The notes: generated from the letters alone by a model not told the origin. A DNA stretch of 64,000 bases from Chthoniobacteraceae bacterium (GCA_031409335.1 JANNWY010000325.1:1-64000); one strand, 5' to 3'. Positions 45,751 to 56,621 are shown, numbered from the stretch's first letter. Program-made: numbers and translations.

Positions 45751-47163
45751 ATGCCCATTCAGACTGAAAAAGATCTCTCCCCAAATGCCCGCGCCTTGTG
45801 GCTGAAAGCACTCAGCGCGGTCGAACTCCGCAATTACGGCTATTCGATCTCGCTGATCCAGGCCGTGCTGAAGGAATTTCCTGCCTTCCTCGACGCGCGC
45901 CGCATGCTGCGGAAAGCCGAAGTCACTTCGACGAAGGGAAAGAAGAGTTTCCTCTCCGGTCTCTCGACCGCGTCGATGAAGGGCGCGAGTGCGGTGAAGA
46001 AAGATCCCGTCGCAGCGATGGAACTCGCCGAGAAAAGTCTCGAAACCGACCCATACAATGCGGCGGCAAACAACCTTCTCAAAGACGCTGCGAAGGCGGC
46101 TGGTTTCCCGGAGATCGCCGCGTTTGCGCTGGAGACGATCATTGAGGGAAGTCCGAAGGATACCAAAGTGATGCACGAACTCGGCGAGCATTACCTGGCG
46201 ATGGGCGATGCCGAAAAGGCGGTGAACGTTTACTCGAAGATCGCGGAGATCAATCCCGCGGATCTCAACGCGATCAAGCGGAGCAAGGATGCGTCGGCAA
46301 CGGCCTCGATGAAAAGCGGCGGATGGGACCAGGCGGACAAGAGCTATCGCGATTTGATCAAGGACAAGGATCAGGCAGTGTCGCTCGAGCAAAAGAACCG
46401 CGTGGTGAAGAGCCTCGAAATGATCAACGATCAGTTGAACGAGCTGTATCCGCAGTGGGAGGCGAATCAGGAGAACTCCGATCTCACGCGGCGCATCGCA
46501 AAGCTGTGGGAGGATCGTTTTGAACAGGAAGGCGACGAGGAAAGTCTCGACGGCGCGATCGGCTACTACGCGCACGCAAATCAATTGATCAGCGGCACCG
46601 ATCCGGCGGTGGCGCGCAAGCTCAGCGATCTCCAGATGAAGAAACTGGATGTGCGGATCGACGTGCTGGAAAAGTGGTTCACCGAGGGCGGCGATCAGCA
46701 CGAGGACGCGGCGACGTATCAGGCCGAACTCGAAAAATTGAAACGGGAGAAACTCGAGTCGCAACTCGTCGAGGCCAGGAAGCGCGTGGAGCGGAATCCG
46801 ACCGACCTGCAATTGCGTTTCGAACTCGGCGAAATGCTGCTCACGCTTGGCCAGTTCAATGACGCCATTCCCGAGCTGCAACGCGCCCGCCAGAATCCCA
46901 ACTCGCGCCTGAAGGCGATGAGCATGCTCGGGCGCTGCTTTGTGCAAAAGGGAATGCTCGACATGGCTGCCACGCAGTTCAAGAGCGCGGCGAGCGAGAT
47001 GATCGCGATGGACGTCACAAAGAAGGACACGCTGTACGACCTCGGTCTCGTCTATGAAACGATGGGCAAGAAAGAGGAATATCTTCAGTGTATGAAGGAA
47101 ATCATGGAGACGGACTACGGCTACAAGGACGTGTCAAAACGCGTCGAAGCCTCCTACGGCTAG
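45751..47163 (+). CDS. Tetratricopeptide repeat protein
   Basis: Helical TPR-like repeats, e.g. ELGEMLLTLGQFNDAIPELQRA. Confidence 0.8.
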   Translation: MPIQTEKDLSPNARALWLKALSAVELRNYGYSISLIQAVLKEFPAFLDARRMLRKAEVTSTKGKKSFLSGLSTASMKGASAVKKDPVAAMELAEKSLETDPYNAAANNLLKDAAKAAGFPEIAAFALETIIEGSPKDTKVMHELGEHYLAMGDAEKAVNVYSKIAEINPADLNAIKRSKDASATASMKSGGWDQADKSYRDLIKDKDQAVSLEQKNRVVKSLEMINDQLNELYPQWEANQENSDLTRRIAKLWEDRFEQEGDEESLDGAIGYYAHANQLISGTDPAVARKLSDLQMKKLDVRIDVLEKWFTEGGDQHEDAATYQAELEKLKREKLESQLVEARKRVERNPTDLQLRFELGEMLLTLGQFNDAIPELQRARQNPNSRLKAMSMLGRCFVQKGMLDMAATQFKSAASEMIAMDVTKKDTLYDLGLVYETMGKKEEYLQCMKEIMETDYGYKDVSKRVEASYG

Positions 47164-47211
47164 CCGCCCCGCGGCGCGAGGCTCGGCAGCGCCACCCCGG
47201 GTTCGTATTGC

Positions 47212-48171
47212 ATGAATTGGTTCACGTTTAGTTTCAACGATTTCGCGGTTTCGTTTCTCAGCGTCCTTTTTGAAGGAATCCCGTTTCTGCTGCTCGGAGC
47301 GCTCATCTCCGGGCTCGTCGATGTCTTCGTCCCGGCAGAGCGAATGCAGCGCCTGCTCCCGAAAAATCCCGCCGCCGCTATTTTCGCCAGCGGGCTGCTC
47401 GGGCTGATTTTCCCGATGTGCGAATGCGGCAGCGTCATCATCATTCGCCGCTTCATCCGCAAGGGGCTGCCCGTCTCCTCCGCCGTCACCTACATGCTCG
47501 CCGCGCCGATCGTGAGTCCCGTCGTCGCGATCAGCACCTACGCGGCATTCCGCGGAAATAGTCCGCTGCTGATGACCTGCCTCCGCCTCGGAATCGGCTT
47601 TCTCATCGCCGTCGCCATCGGCTTCATCGTGCGGCAGATTTCACTGCAAAAGCTGCTCCAGCCCGGTGTCCTTAAGGATGGATCGAACGAAAAACGCACT
47701 GGCCTCAGCGTCGGTGCGCAGCCGGGCGTCGTCGATTTTTCGGCGCTCGCCGCGTCGTTGAGTTTCCCGCGCCGACTACTCCTCGCGATCCAGTCCGCCA
47801 CCGCGGACTTTCTCGATGTCGCATTTTTCCTCGTCATCGGCACCGCGCTCACCAGCGTTTTTAACACCGCGATCGACCGCTCCATCATCGACCCGCTCGC
47901 CACGAATCCGCCGGTCGCGATCGTCGCCATGATGGGCCTCGCCGCCGCCATCGCGCTGTGCAGCACCACCGACGCATTCATCGCCGCCACGTTCACGTCG
48001 TTTCCCTTTGCCGCAAAACTCGCCTTCCTCCTGTTCGGCCCGGTCTTCGATCTGAAACTTTTCTGGCTCTACGGCCTCGTCTTCAAGCGCCGCTGGGTCG
48101 TGGCTCTTTCGCTCTTCCTGTTCGTCACGATCTTTTTCATCGCTTGGCGAATCTCGATGCTTTCGCTGTAG
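47212..48171 (+). CDS. Predicted permease (DUF318/ArsP family)
   Basis: FPMCECG and LCSTTDAF motifs; about 8 TM segments. Confidence 0.85.
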   Translation: MNWFTFSFNDFAVSFLSVLFEGIPFLLLGALISGLVDVFVPAERMQRLLPKNPAAAIFASGLLGLIFPMCECGSVIIIRRFIRKGLPVSSAVTYMLAAPIVSPVVAISTYAAFRGNSPLLMTCLRLGIGFLIAVAIGFIVRQISLQKLLQPGVLKDGSNEKRTGLSVGAQPGVVDFSALAASLSFPRRLLLAIQSATADFLDVAFFLVIGTALTSVFNTAIDRSIIDPLATNPPVAIVAMMGLAAAIALCSTTDAFIAATFTSFPFAAKLAFLLFGPVFDLKLFWLYGLVFKRRWVVALSLFLFVTIFFIAWRISMLSL

Positions 48172-48192
48172 TCGTCGGAAACAATTCACGCC

Positions 48193-48585
48193 ATGACCTA
48201 CAACGATCTTCTCCAGCACTACTTCGAGCGTTCCGATGCCCTGCAAAACTACTGGACGCTTTACGTCGTCGTCATCGGCGGACTGCTCGCCTTTTCGTCG
48301 ATCCGCAAACAGGGCGACATGCTCACCACGCTGCTCGTATCGATTCTATTCGGCTTCTTCGCATTCAAAAATCTTGATGCAATCCATGACGTAACCGTGC
48401 AGCGATTCGCCGTGCTGGAGTCGATCAAACAACTTCCCGCAACCGCAAAGGACACGATCGCCAGCACGCTCACGCCGCCCGAATTCGCAGGCGTGCGCAC
48501 CTTTCACATCGCGAGCGACGTGCTCACCATCCTCGCACTGTGGTCGATGGAGCGGCGGCGGCGGAAGGCTGGCGCGACTCACTGA
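48193..48585 (+). CDS. Hypothetical membrane protein
   Basis: Three TM segments; host-like codon usage. Confidence 0.7.
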   Translation: MTYNDLLQHYFERSDALQNYWTLYVVVIGGLLAFSSIRKQGDMLTTLLVSILFGFFAFKNLDAIHDVTVQRFAVLESIKQLPATAKDTIASTLTPPEFAGVRTFHIASDVLTILALWSMERRRRKAGATH

Positions 48586-48624
48586 TGCGTTGCTATCGTC
48601 CCGCAACGCTGGCACTTTCCGACC

Positions 48625-49209
48625 ATGCTCCGCAAGCCTCTCGCCGCGAAAGACGAGCCCGTTCCCTATCGCTTCACCGTGAAAGACTGGCATCGACTCG
48701 GCGAAGCCGGGCTGTTCGAGCCCCGCGATCGAGTGGAGCTGCTGGATGGGGAAATCATCATTATGTCGCCGATCGGAAGCCGCCACGCCTGGTGCGTCAC
48801 TTACCTCACAGAATTGTTCGTCGAGCAAAACCGAAAGCGATATTTTCTCTGGCCCGGAAATCCGGTCGAGGCCGACAATTATTCGGAGCCGCTCCCAGAT
48901 TTGACGCTCGTTCCTCGTACGCAAAAAAATTCCAAGCGGCATCCGAAGACTCGCGAGGCGTTGCTCATCGTGGAAGTCGCGGACAGCAGCCTTTCCCACG
49001 ATCGAAAACGCAAACTGCACAAGTACGCGCAGGCCGGAGTTCGCGAATACTGGATCGTGAATCTGAAACAGGATGTCGTTGAAATTTACCGCTCACCGAA
49101 GGGCCAGGACTATCTGCAACAGTCGATCGCAAAGGCCGGAGACAAAGTGGCCCCGCTGGAGTTTCCAGATTTGAAGCTGGCTGTGGACGACATCATCCCG
49201 GCGCGCTGA
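48625..49209 (+). CDS. Uma2 (DUF820) family endonuclease-fold protein
   Basis: RVELLDGEI..MSP, EPLPD, LIVEVADSS, YAQAGVREYWIVN. Confidence 0.9.
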   Translation: MLRKPLAAKDEPVPYRFTVKDWHRLGEAGLFEPRDRVELLDGEIIIMSPIGSRHAWCVTYLTELFVEQNRKRYFLWPGNPVEADNYSEPLPDLTLVPRTQKNSKRHPKTREALLIVEVADSSLSHDRKRKLHKYAQAGVREYWIVNLKQDVVEIYRSPKGQDYLQQSIAKAGDKVAPLEFPDLKLAVDDIIPAR

Positions 49210-49232
49210 TCAGCAGCCGCACCATTTCATCG

Positions 49233-50657
49233 GTGGCAGATTTCAAACGCACGCTCTTCATCAATCCGCCATCGTGGCAGGGCTTCGATGGCGGCGCGGG
49301 GTCGCGGTATCAGGCAAAGCGCGAGATCAAATCGTTCTGGTTTCCGACGTGGCTCGCGCAGCCGGCGGCGCTCATCGAAGGCTCGCGCTTGGTCGATGCG
49401 CCGCCGCACGATCAGTCGGTCGCGGACGTGGTGAAAATCGCGCGCGATTTTGAAGTCGCGATCATTCACACGAGCGCGCCGACTTTGCGCGGCGATGCGG
49501 AATTGGCCGAGGCGCTGAAGTCACAAAACCGGGACATGACCGTTGGTTTCGTCGGCGCGCACGCCGCAGTTTTGCCAGAGGAAACTTTGGCGGCGAGCGA
49601 GGCGATTGATTTTGTCGGGCGGAAGGAATTCGACTTCACCTGCCAGGATGTCGCGCTCGGAAAACCGCTCGCCGCCATCGACGGCCTGTCGTTTCGTCGC
49701 GATGGGAAAATCATCCACAACGCCGAGCGCGCGAGCATTCAGGAATTCGACGCGCTGCCGAGCGTGATGGACGTGTATGCGCGCGATCTCACGATCGAGA
49801 GCTACTTCATCGGCTACCTGAAACATCCCTACGTCTCGCACTACACGGGCCGCGGTTGTCCCGCGCAATGCACCTTCTGTCTCTGGCCGCAGACCGTCGG
49901 TGGGCACAAATATCGCGCGAAATCACCGGAGGGAGTTGCACGTGAAATGGCGCACGCAAAGAAACTTTTCCCATACGTGAAAGAGTTCTTTTTCGACGAC
50001 GACACCTTCACCGCCTACCAGCCGCGCGCCCGGGAGATCGCGAAACAACTCGGCAAACTCGGCATGACTTGGAGCTGCAACGCGCGCGCCAACGTCAACT
50101 ACGAGACGCTAAAAACGATGCGCGACAACGGCCTGCGGCTGCTGCTCGTCGGCTACGAAAGCGGCAACCAGCAAATCCTCGACAACATCAAAAAAGGCAT
50201 CCGCCTGGAAGAAGCGCGCGAGTTCACCGCGAACTGCAAAAAGCTCGGCATCACGATCCACGGCACCTTCATCCTCGGCCTGCCCGGCGAGACGCACGCA
50301 ACGATCAAACAGACGATCGAGTTCGCGAAAGAGGTCGATCCCTTCTCGATGCAAGTGAGCCTCGCCGCACCGTATCCCGGCACCGAGCTATACCGGCAGG
50401 CAAAGGAAAATGGCTGGTTCAGCGAGGCAGTCGGCCTAGTCGATGGCAGCGGCCAGCAAACCGCCGCGCTCGAATACGACGGCCTCTCACGCGACGAAAT
50501 TTTCCACTACGTCGAGCGCTTCTACAAAGCCTACTACTTCCGCCCACGCGCCATTGGCCGAATGCTCGGCGAAATGCTGCTCGACTTCGACGTGCTGAAA
50601 CGTCGGTTGCGCGAAGGCGGGGAATTCTTCCGCTTCCTGCGCCTGCGCAGCGTGTAA
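49233..50657 (+). CDS. hpnJ: Hopanoid biosynthesis-associated B12-binding radical SAM protein
   Basis: FDGGAGSRYQAKREIKSFWFPTWLAQPAA; CPAQCTFC; FFDDDTF. Confidence 0.88.
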   Translation: MADFKRTLFINPPSWQGFDGGAGSRYQAKREIKSFWFPTWLAQPAALIEGSRLVDAPPHDQSVADVVKIARDFEVAIIHTSAPTLRGDAELAEALKSQNRDMTVGFVGAHAAVLPEETLAASEAIDFVGRKEFDFTCQDVALGKPLAAIDGLSFRRDGKIIHNAERASIQEFDALPSVMDVYARDLTIESYFIGYLKHPYVSHYTGRGCPAQCTFCLWPQTVGGHKYRAKSPEGVAREMAHAKKLFPYVKEFFFDDDTFTAYQPRAREIAKQLGKLGMTWSCNARANVNYETLKTMRDNGLRLLLVGYESGNQQILDNIKKGIRLEEAREFTANCKKLGITIHGTFILGLPGETHATIKQTIEFAKEVDPFSMQVSLAAPYPGTELYRQAKENGWFSEAVGLVDGSGQQTAALEYDGLSRDEIFHYVERFYKAYYFRPRAIGRMLGEMLLDFDVLKRRLREGGEFFRFLRLRSV

Positions 50658-50690
50658 CGCATTCCGCGCGGTTTGGGAGGAAGCTGAACC

Positions 50691-51776
50691 TCAATCCTTC
50701 AAACCAATCCCGATTTTCTCGCGGAGGTAAGTGATCGAGCGCTCCAGGTCGCCTTTCTGGAAATCCTGCTCGGCTTTCTTGCGATCGACGCTTTCCGGTG
50801 GTTGGAAGCCTTCGAGTTTGTGGCCGCGTTTTGCGAGTGCTTCAAAGTTCGCGAGTGCTTCGGGGCGTTTGTCGAAGTGTTTCCAGAACTCTTCTTTTTT
50901 GTAAGGAAACGCGCGAGAGAAACCGGAGATCGTCTCGATCATGATTGGCACTTTCGGGCATTGTTTTTGCCACTCGTCGGCGAATTCCTTCCAGTCGATC
51001 AGACCCTCGCCGGCGGCGGTCCATTGCACGGATGCGCCTTCCGGCGTTTCCCAGATCATGTTGTCGCGGAGGCTGGAGCAGATCGTGTGTTTTCCGAGCG
51101 CGCGGAGCGCGTCCATCGGATCTTCCAGCGTCCACGCCGCATTGCCCGAGTCGATATTCACGCCGACGAAATCCGGCCCGGCTTCCTCCACCAAATCGCG
51201 CAGCTCCCACGAATGCATATCGCCGGCGTGATTCTCCACCGCCACCTTCACGCCCGCATCGAGCGCTTCCTGTTTGCACGCTTTCAGCACCTTCACCGTA
51301 TCGGCGATCCGGGCGCGAATGCCACCCGGCGTCTGGCGGTCTTCTCCCGCACCCAGTACGACGCGAAACACCGGTGAACCGAGCGTTTTCGACACTCGCA
51401 AACCGAGTCGCAGATGCTCCTCCGCGGTGCCCCAGTTCTTCTTAAATTTCACGGAGGTCGGGCAAATACTCCAACTCCCCGTGTAAAGCTCCAGCCCGCG
51501 ATCGTCGGCCCTCTTTTTCACTTCGCGAAGATGGGTGTCTTCGAGCGACTCGCAAGCGTCCAGGTCCGAAATCAGCAGCGTGTCGAGTTTCAGCCCAGCC
51601 GCATAGTCGATCAAATCCTTTGCCTTCCAACCCATCGCGCGCACCGCGAAGTTATCCATACCGAGCTTGATCCCACGCCGCGCTGCCGGTGCCGCGATGG
51701 CGGATGTGCGCGCTGCGACCGAGGCGAGCGCGAGTGTTTTTAGGAAGGAGCGGCGGGCGAGGGGAGTGGCGTGCAT
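50691..51776 (-). CDS. Tat-exported sugar phosphate isomerase/epimerase (TIM barrel)
   Basis: RRSFLK Tat motif; AVENHAGD, NIDSGN. Confidence 0.85.
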   Translation of the reverse strand: MHATPLARRSFLKTLALASVAARTSAIAAPAARRGIKLGMDNFAVRAMGWKAKDLIDYAAGLKLDTLLISDLDACESLEDTHLREVKKRADDRGLELYTGSWSICPTSVKFKKNWGTAEEHLRLGLRVSKTLGSPVFRVVLGAGEDRQTPGGIRARIADTVKVLKACKQEALDAGVKVAVENHAGDMHSWELRDLVEEAGPDFVGVNIDSGNAAWTLEDPMDALRALGKHTICSSLRDNMIWETPEGASVQWTAAGEGLIDWKEFADEWQKQCPKVPIMIETISGFSRAFPYKKEEFWKHFDKRPEALANFEALAKRGHKLEGFQPPESVDRKKAEQDFQKGDLERSITYLREKIGIGLKD

Positions 51777-51890
51777 CGTGGTCGGTAGGTTCTGCGCGGC
51801 ATTTCACCCACAGCGGTGCGGGGCGTCAAACCTTGTTCGCCGCTTGACGCGTTCGTTGCGCGTTGAAATAAAAGCGGTCCAATTTTTTCC

Positions 51891-53159
51891 ATGAACACCG
51901 TTACCGCTCTCAAGACCCTCACCAAGAACGTCCAAAAAACCGTCGAAGGCGCGCTCGGCGAAAGTGGCGGACTGCTGCGCCTCGCGCCTTGCTGGGTGCC
52001 GCGGAGCTTTCTCCAGCCGGGCAAGCGGCTGAAGCTCCACCCTGACGACTTGTATGCCTACGGCCTCAATCGCGGCGGCATCGACGAGCGTTGGTTTGCC
52101 TCGACGACGCCCGCGGCGAATGACAACCGCACGCCCGACGAGGGGCTGAGTTATGTCGTCGTTGGAAAGCAACGCTTCACCCTTCAGCAAGCCGTCGCCG
52201 AATGCGGCGCGATGCTGATTGGTTCAGCGATCTGGACGAAGTATGGGAAGTGGCCGGTTTACTCGAAGTTCTTCGATAACATGGGGCCCATCCCGCACCA
52301 CATGCACCAGTCGGCGAAGCAGGCGAAACTGGTCGGCCAGGAGGGGAAACCGGAGTCCTACTATTTTCCGCCACAGCACAACAATGTCGGCAATAACTTC
52401 CCCTACACCTTCATGGGTTTCGAGCCAGGCACCACCAAGGCGCAGGTTCGCAAATGTCTGGAGAATTGGAACAAGGGTGACAATGGCATCCTTGATCTCT
52501 CCAAAGCCTACCGTCTGAAGGTAGGCAGCGGATGGCTTATCGATCCATGCATCCTGCACGCACCTGGCTCGCTTTGCACCTATGAGCCTCAGTGGGGTAG
52601 CGATGTCTTTGGGATGTATCAGTCGCTGGTCGAGGGGCGCGAGGTTCCTTGGAGCCTGCTTGTAAAAGACATGCCGAAGAAGCATCACAAGGATCTCGAC
52701 TTCATTGTCGAGCAGCTTGACTGGGATAAGAACGTCGATCCGAGATTCAAGGACAAGCATTACCTCGAACCCGTTCCGGTCGCGGACACGCGCAGTGAAG
52801 GCTACGTCGATCGATGGATCGTCTATGGAAAGGTCGATGGCGAACAGCTATTCACCGCGAAGGAGCTCACCGTCGAACCGGGAATCACTGCCACGATCAA
52901 GGATACCGGAGCCTATGGCCTCATCTGCGTGCAAGGCAGCGGACGGATCAACCATCAGCCGCTGAATTCGCCGAAGCTCATCCGCTTCCACGAGCTCACC
53001 GAGGACGAATACTTCTGCACCGAGTCCGGCGCGAAAGCGGGCGTGACCTTCCAGAATACCAGCACCACCGAACCGCTCGTCGTCCTCCGCTATTTTGGCC
53101 CTGATGCAAATCCGAATGCTCCTGCGATGGGGGCGCATCGAAAAAACAAGTTCAACTAG
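51891..53159 (+). CDS. Cupin-fold protein, mannose-6-phosphate isomerase-like
   Basis: ERW, KFFD..PIPHHMHQ, GKPESY, LHAPG. Confidence 0.7.
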   Translation: MNTVTALKTLTKNVQKTVEGALGESGGLLRLAPCWVPRSFLQPGKRLKLHPDDLYAYGLNRGGIDERWFASTTPAANDNRTPDEGLSYVVVGKQRFTLQQAVAECGAMLIGSAIWTKYGKWPVYSKFFDNMGPIPHHMHQSAKQAKLVGQEGKPESYYFPPQHNNVGNNFPYTFMGFEPGTTKAQVRKCLENWNKGDNGILDLSKAYRLKVGSGWLIDPCILHAPGSLCTYEPQWGSDVFGMYQSLVEGREVPWSLLVKDMPKKHHKDLDFIVEQLDWDKNVDPRFKDKHYLEPVPVADTRSEGYVDRWIVYGKVDGEQLFTAKELTVEPGITATIKDTGAYGLICVQGSGRINHQPLNSPKLIRFHELTEDEYFCTESGAKAGVTFQNTSTTEPLVVLRYFGPDANPNAPAMGAHRKNKFN

Positions 53160-53204
53160 CCCATTTCGTTGGCCGTCGCGCGCGGGCGGGCGGCACTTGA
53201 GAAT

Positions 53205-53279
53205 TGGCTCCTGAGGTAGGATTTGAACCTACGACCGATCGATTAACAGTCGATTGCTCTACCACTGAGCTACTCAGGA
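53205..53279 (-). tRNA. tRNA-Asn (GTT)
   Basis: TCCTGAGTAGCTCAGTGGTAGAGCAATCGACTGTTAATCGATCGGTCGTAGGTTCAAATCCTACCTCAGGAGCCA: full cloverleaf with CCA. Confidence 0.97.
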
Positions 53280-53446
53280 ATTTCCCGCTGCGGGGCCGCT
53301 ATATGGCGCACTCTCCGCGCACGGGCAACAAATTTTTCGCGCTCCTTTAGGCGGGGCATTCCCCGGAAGCGGACCGATCCGCGACTCCTGTGGAAATCGT
53401 GAATGGCCGTGGACGCACCGCCTTTTGAAAACGTAGTCTGCCCGCG

Positions 53447-54463
53447 ATGAAACTGCTGCTCCGCGACATCCATCTGCCGATGCGCCATCCGTTCACCATT
53501 GCGCACGGCACGACGACGGTGCAGCACAACTTACTCGTCGAGCTGCGCGAAAATGGCGTGAGCGGATACGGCGAGGGCGCTTCCTCGCAGGCGTACGCCT
53601 TCACTGCCGAGTCGATGCGCGCTGCGCTGGAATCCGCGCGCCCGCAGATCGAAGCGGAGTCGCTGGATGATCCGGCGGCATTTTGGCAACGGCTGCTGCC
53701 CGCGCTCGGCAACAATCGTTTTGCGCTCTGCGCGCTCGACGAAGCGGCGCACGATCTCTGGGGAAAACTGCGCGGTGCGCCGGTGTGGAAGCTGTGGGGC
53801 TTGGAGCTGCGCGGCCTGCCAATGAGCGACTACACGATCGGCATCGACCCGATCGAAAAAATGGTTGCGAAGATGAAGGAGTTCGACGGCTGGCCAATCT
53901 ACAAAATCAAACTCGGCACGTCCGACGACCTCGCGATCGTGCGCGAACTGCGCCGCCACACCGGCGCGATTTTTCGGATCGACGCAAACACGGCATGGAC
54001 CGCGGAGCAGACGATCGCGTTTGCGCCAGAGATGAAGGCGCTGGGCGTCGAGTTCATTGAGCAGCCATTGCGGGCGGATGATTGGGAGGGAATGCGGCGC
54101 GTTTTTCGCGAATGCGCGCTGCCCGTCATCGCGGATGAGGGCTGCCTCACGGAGGAGGACGTGGCGCGCTGCGCGGGCGTTTTTCACGGCATCAACATCA
54201 AGCTCACGAAAGCCGGCGGGCTGACTCCGGCGCGGCGCATGATCGCGCGCGGACGCGAGCTGGGATTGAAAATCATGGTCGGCTGCATGAGCGAAAGCAC
54301 CGTGGGCATCAGCGCCATCGGCCAACTGCTGCCGCTGCTCGACTACGTGGACATGGATGGCGCGCTGCTGATCGGGCGGGACATCGCGAGCGGCGTCCAT
54401 TTGGAACGCGGTCGCGCCATTTTCCCGGAGGAAAACGGCAACTGCGTGCGATTGCTCGATTGA
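53447..54463 (+). CDS. L-Ala-D/L-Glu dipeptide epimerase (enolase superfamily)
   Basis: YKIKLG, RIDAN, IEQP, ADE, NIKLTKAGG, DMDG. Confidence 0.88.
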   Translation: MKLLLRDIHLPMRHPFTIAHGTTTVQHNLLVELRENGVSGYGEGASSQAYAFTAESMRAALESARPQIEAESLDDPAAFWQRLLPALGNNRFALCALDEAAHDLWGKLRGAPVWKLWGLELRGLPMSDYTIGIDPIEKMVAKMKEFDGWPIYKIKLGTSDDLAIVRELRRHTGAIFRIDANTAWTAEQTIAFAPEMKALGVEFIEQPLRADDWEGMRRVFRECALPVIADEGCLTEEDVARCAGVFHGINIKLTKAGGLTPARRMIARGRELGLKIMVGCMSESTVGISAIGQLLPLLDYVDMDGALLIGRDIASGVHLERGRAIFPEENGNCVRLLD

Positions 54464-54519
54464 TCGAAGACCATCTGTTGACCGCGCTGCATCGCTCCCC
54501 ATAATGCGCGGCTCTCGAC

Positions 54520-56325
54520 ATGCCGCTCTCACGCACCCGTAATTTTTGCATTATCGCCCACATCGACCACGGGAAAACCACGCTCTCGGACCGGCTGCTG
54601 GAATTCACCGGGACGATCCAAAAACGCGAGCAGCAGGATCAGCTTTTGGATGCGATGGATTTGGAACGCGAACGCGGGATCACGATCAAGGCGCACCCGA
54701 TCGCGATGACTTACCAGGCGAAGGACGGGCACACTTACAAGCTCAATCTGATGGATACGCCGGGGCACGTCGATTTCGCGTATGAAGTGTCGCGCTCGCT
54801 CGCGGCGTGCGAGGGCGCGCTGTTGATCGTGGATGCGGCGCAGGGCGTGGAGGCGCAGACGGTGGCGAATGTGCATCTCGCGAATACGCAGGGGCTGACG
54901 CTGATTCCGGTGATCAACAAGATTGATTTGCCGAACTCGGACATCCCGACGGTGAAGCGCCAGCTTGAGGATATTCTGACGATCCCCGGTGATGATGCGG
55001 TGCTCGCGAGTGCGAAGGCGGGAATCGGGATTGAGGAAATTTTGGAGGCGGTCGTGGCGCGCATCCCGCCGCCGAAAGGGCACGCGCATGACGCGCTGCG
55101 GGCGCTGGTGTTCGATTCGACCTTCGACACCTATCGCGGCGTGATCGTGTATGTGCGCGTGGTCGATGGCGTGGTGAAGGCGGGCGATCAGGTGAAGATG
55201 ATGGCGACCGATCGCAGCTACGAAGTGAAGGAAGTGGGCATCTTTCGCCCGCAGCAGCCGAAGCTTTTGCCCCAGCCGAAACTCGGCCCGGGTGATGTCG
55301 GCTACGTGATCGCCAACATGAAGACGAGCACCGAGGTGAAGGTGGGCGATACGCTGACTTCGCGGACGAATATGGCGCCGGAGCCGCTGCCCGGTTTTCA
55401 GGAAATCCAGCCGATGGTTTTCAGCGGGATTTATCCGATCAACACGGCGGATTTCGAGCACCTCAAAGGAGCCATCGCGAAGCTCCAGCTCAACGACTCG
55501 GCGTTTCACTACATGCCGGAATCGAGCGTCGCGCTGGGCTTCGGATTCCGCTGCGGATTCCTCGGGCTGCTGCACATGGAGATCATCGTGGAGCGTCTGC
55601 GCCGCGAGTATGGGATGGACATTATCGCCACGTATCCGTCGGTGATTTACGAGGTTTTGAAGACCAACGGCGAGATGCTGCACGTCGATAACCCGGAGCA
55701 CTTGCCGGATGCGTCCGTGATCCAGGAAATCCGCGAGCCGATCGTGCGCTGCTTCATCATGATCCCGAACGACTACATATCGCCGATGATGCAGCTCATC
55801 ATGGACAAGCGCGGCGAGGTGAAGCACACCGAGTCGCTCGACACGAAGCGCGTGATGATGACGACCGAGCTGCCGCTAAATGAGATCCTCGTCGATTTCG
55901 TGGACAAGATGAAATCCATGACGCGCGGGTATGGGTCGATGGATTACGAGCAGGCGGGCTATCGTCCGTCGAAACTCGTAAAGCTCGACATGCTCGTGAA
56001 CGGCGAGCCGGTGGATGCCTTCAGCAGCATCGTGCATCGCGACAAGGCCGAAGCCCGTGGGCGCTCGCTCGCCGCGAAGCTGAAGGAAGTCATCCCGACG
56101 CAGCTTTACCAAGTGGCTATCCAGGCCGCGATCGGCGGCAAAATCATCGCGCGGGAAAGTGTCAGCGCGCTGCGCAAAGACGTGACCGCGAAGTGCTACG
56201 GCGGCGACATTTCCCGCAAGCGGAAGCTGCTGGAGAAGCAGAAGGAAGGGAAGAAGCGGATGAAGTCGATCGGTCGCGTGAACATCCCGCAGGAGGCGTT
56301 CATCCAGGTGCTGAAGACGAACTGA
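54520..56325 (+). CDS. lepA: Elongation factor 4 (LepA)
   Basis: [57 protein letters not shown]. Confidence 0.98.
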   Translation: MPLSRTRNFCIIAHIDHGKTTLSDRLLEFTGTIQKREQQDQLLDAMDLERERGITIKAHPIAMTYQAKDGHTYKLNLMDTPGHVDFAYEVSRSLAACEGALLIVDAAQGVEAQTVANVHLANTQGLTLIPVINKIDLPNSDIPTVKRQLEDILTIPGDDAVLASAKAGIGIEEILEAVVARIPPPKGHAHDALRALVFDSTFDTYRGVIVYVRVVDGVVKAGDQVKMMATDRSYEVKEVGIFRPQQPKLLPQPKLGPGDVGYVIANMKTSTEVKVGDTLTSRTNMAPEPLPGFQEIQPMVFSGIYPINTADFEHLKGAIAKLQLNDSAFHYMPESSVALGFGFRCGFLGLLHMEIIVERLRREYGMDIIATYPSVIYEVLKTNGEMLHVDNPEHLPDASVIQEIREPIVRCFIMIPNDYISPMMQLIMDKRGEVKHTESLDTKRVMMTTELPLNEILVDFVDKMKSMTRGYGSMDYEQAGYRPSKLVKLDMLVNGEPVDAFSSIVHRDKAEARGRSLAAKLKEVIPTQLYQVAIQAAIGGKIIARESVSALRKDVTAKCYGGDISRKRKLLEKQKEGKKRMKSIGRVNIPQEAFIQVLKTN

Positions 56326-56377
56326 CGGGGCGGCTTTTGCGGGCGGACACTCGTTGCACGAAAGGTGACGCCGGAGG

Positions 56378-56513
56378 CTTTGGACTGCGGCGGGAAGCGT
56401 CAGCGCCACTCCGCTTTTGGACCGTTCTACGGGCGGGTTCGGTGGGGTGAAGCGGGATGTCCCCGAAAGGACGAAAGCGGCGTCGCGCTAACGCTTCCCA
56501 CCGCAGTCCAAGG
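56378..56513. repeat. REP-like inverted doublet
   Basis: TTGGACTGCGG-GGGAAGCG..CCGCTTT paired with AAAGCGG..CGCTTCCC-CCGCAGTCCAA. Confidence 0.7.
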
Positions 56514-56621
56514 CGCTCCACGCTCCCCATTCACGCAACACTACTGCGTAAATCGTGAACACCGTTGGCGGGTCTATCCTGCATTTCTCACACTCTGAGA
56601 AGAACGGCCCACAGCCTGTTT

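Noticed and set aside
40658..46947. Long antisense ORFs (e.g. 40658-42502, 42836-44560, 45577-46947; also 27093-28730, 54529-55827)
   Set aside because: Shadow ORFs opposite well-supported genes, as expected in high-GC DNA.
53205..53279. tRNA-Asn as an island integration site
   Set aside because: No integrase nearby and no duplicated 3' end seen in the window.
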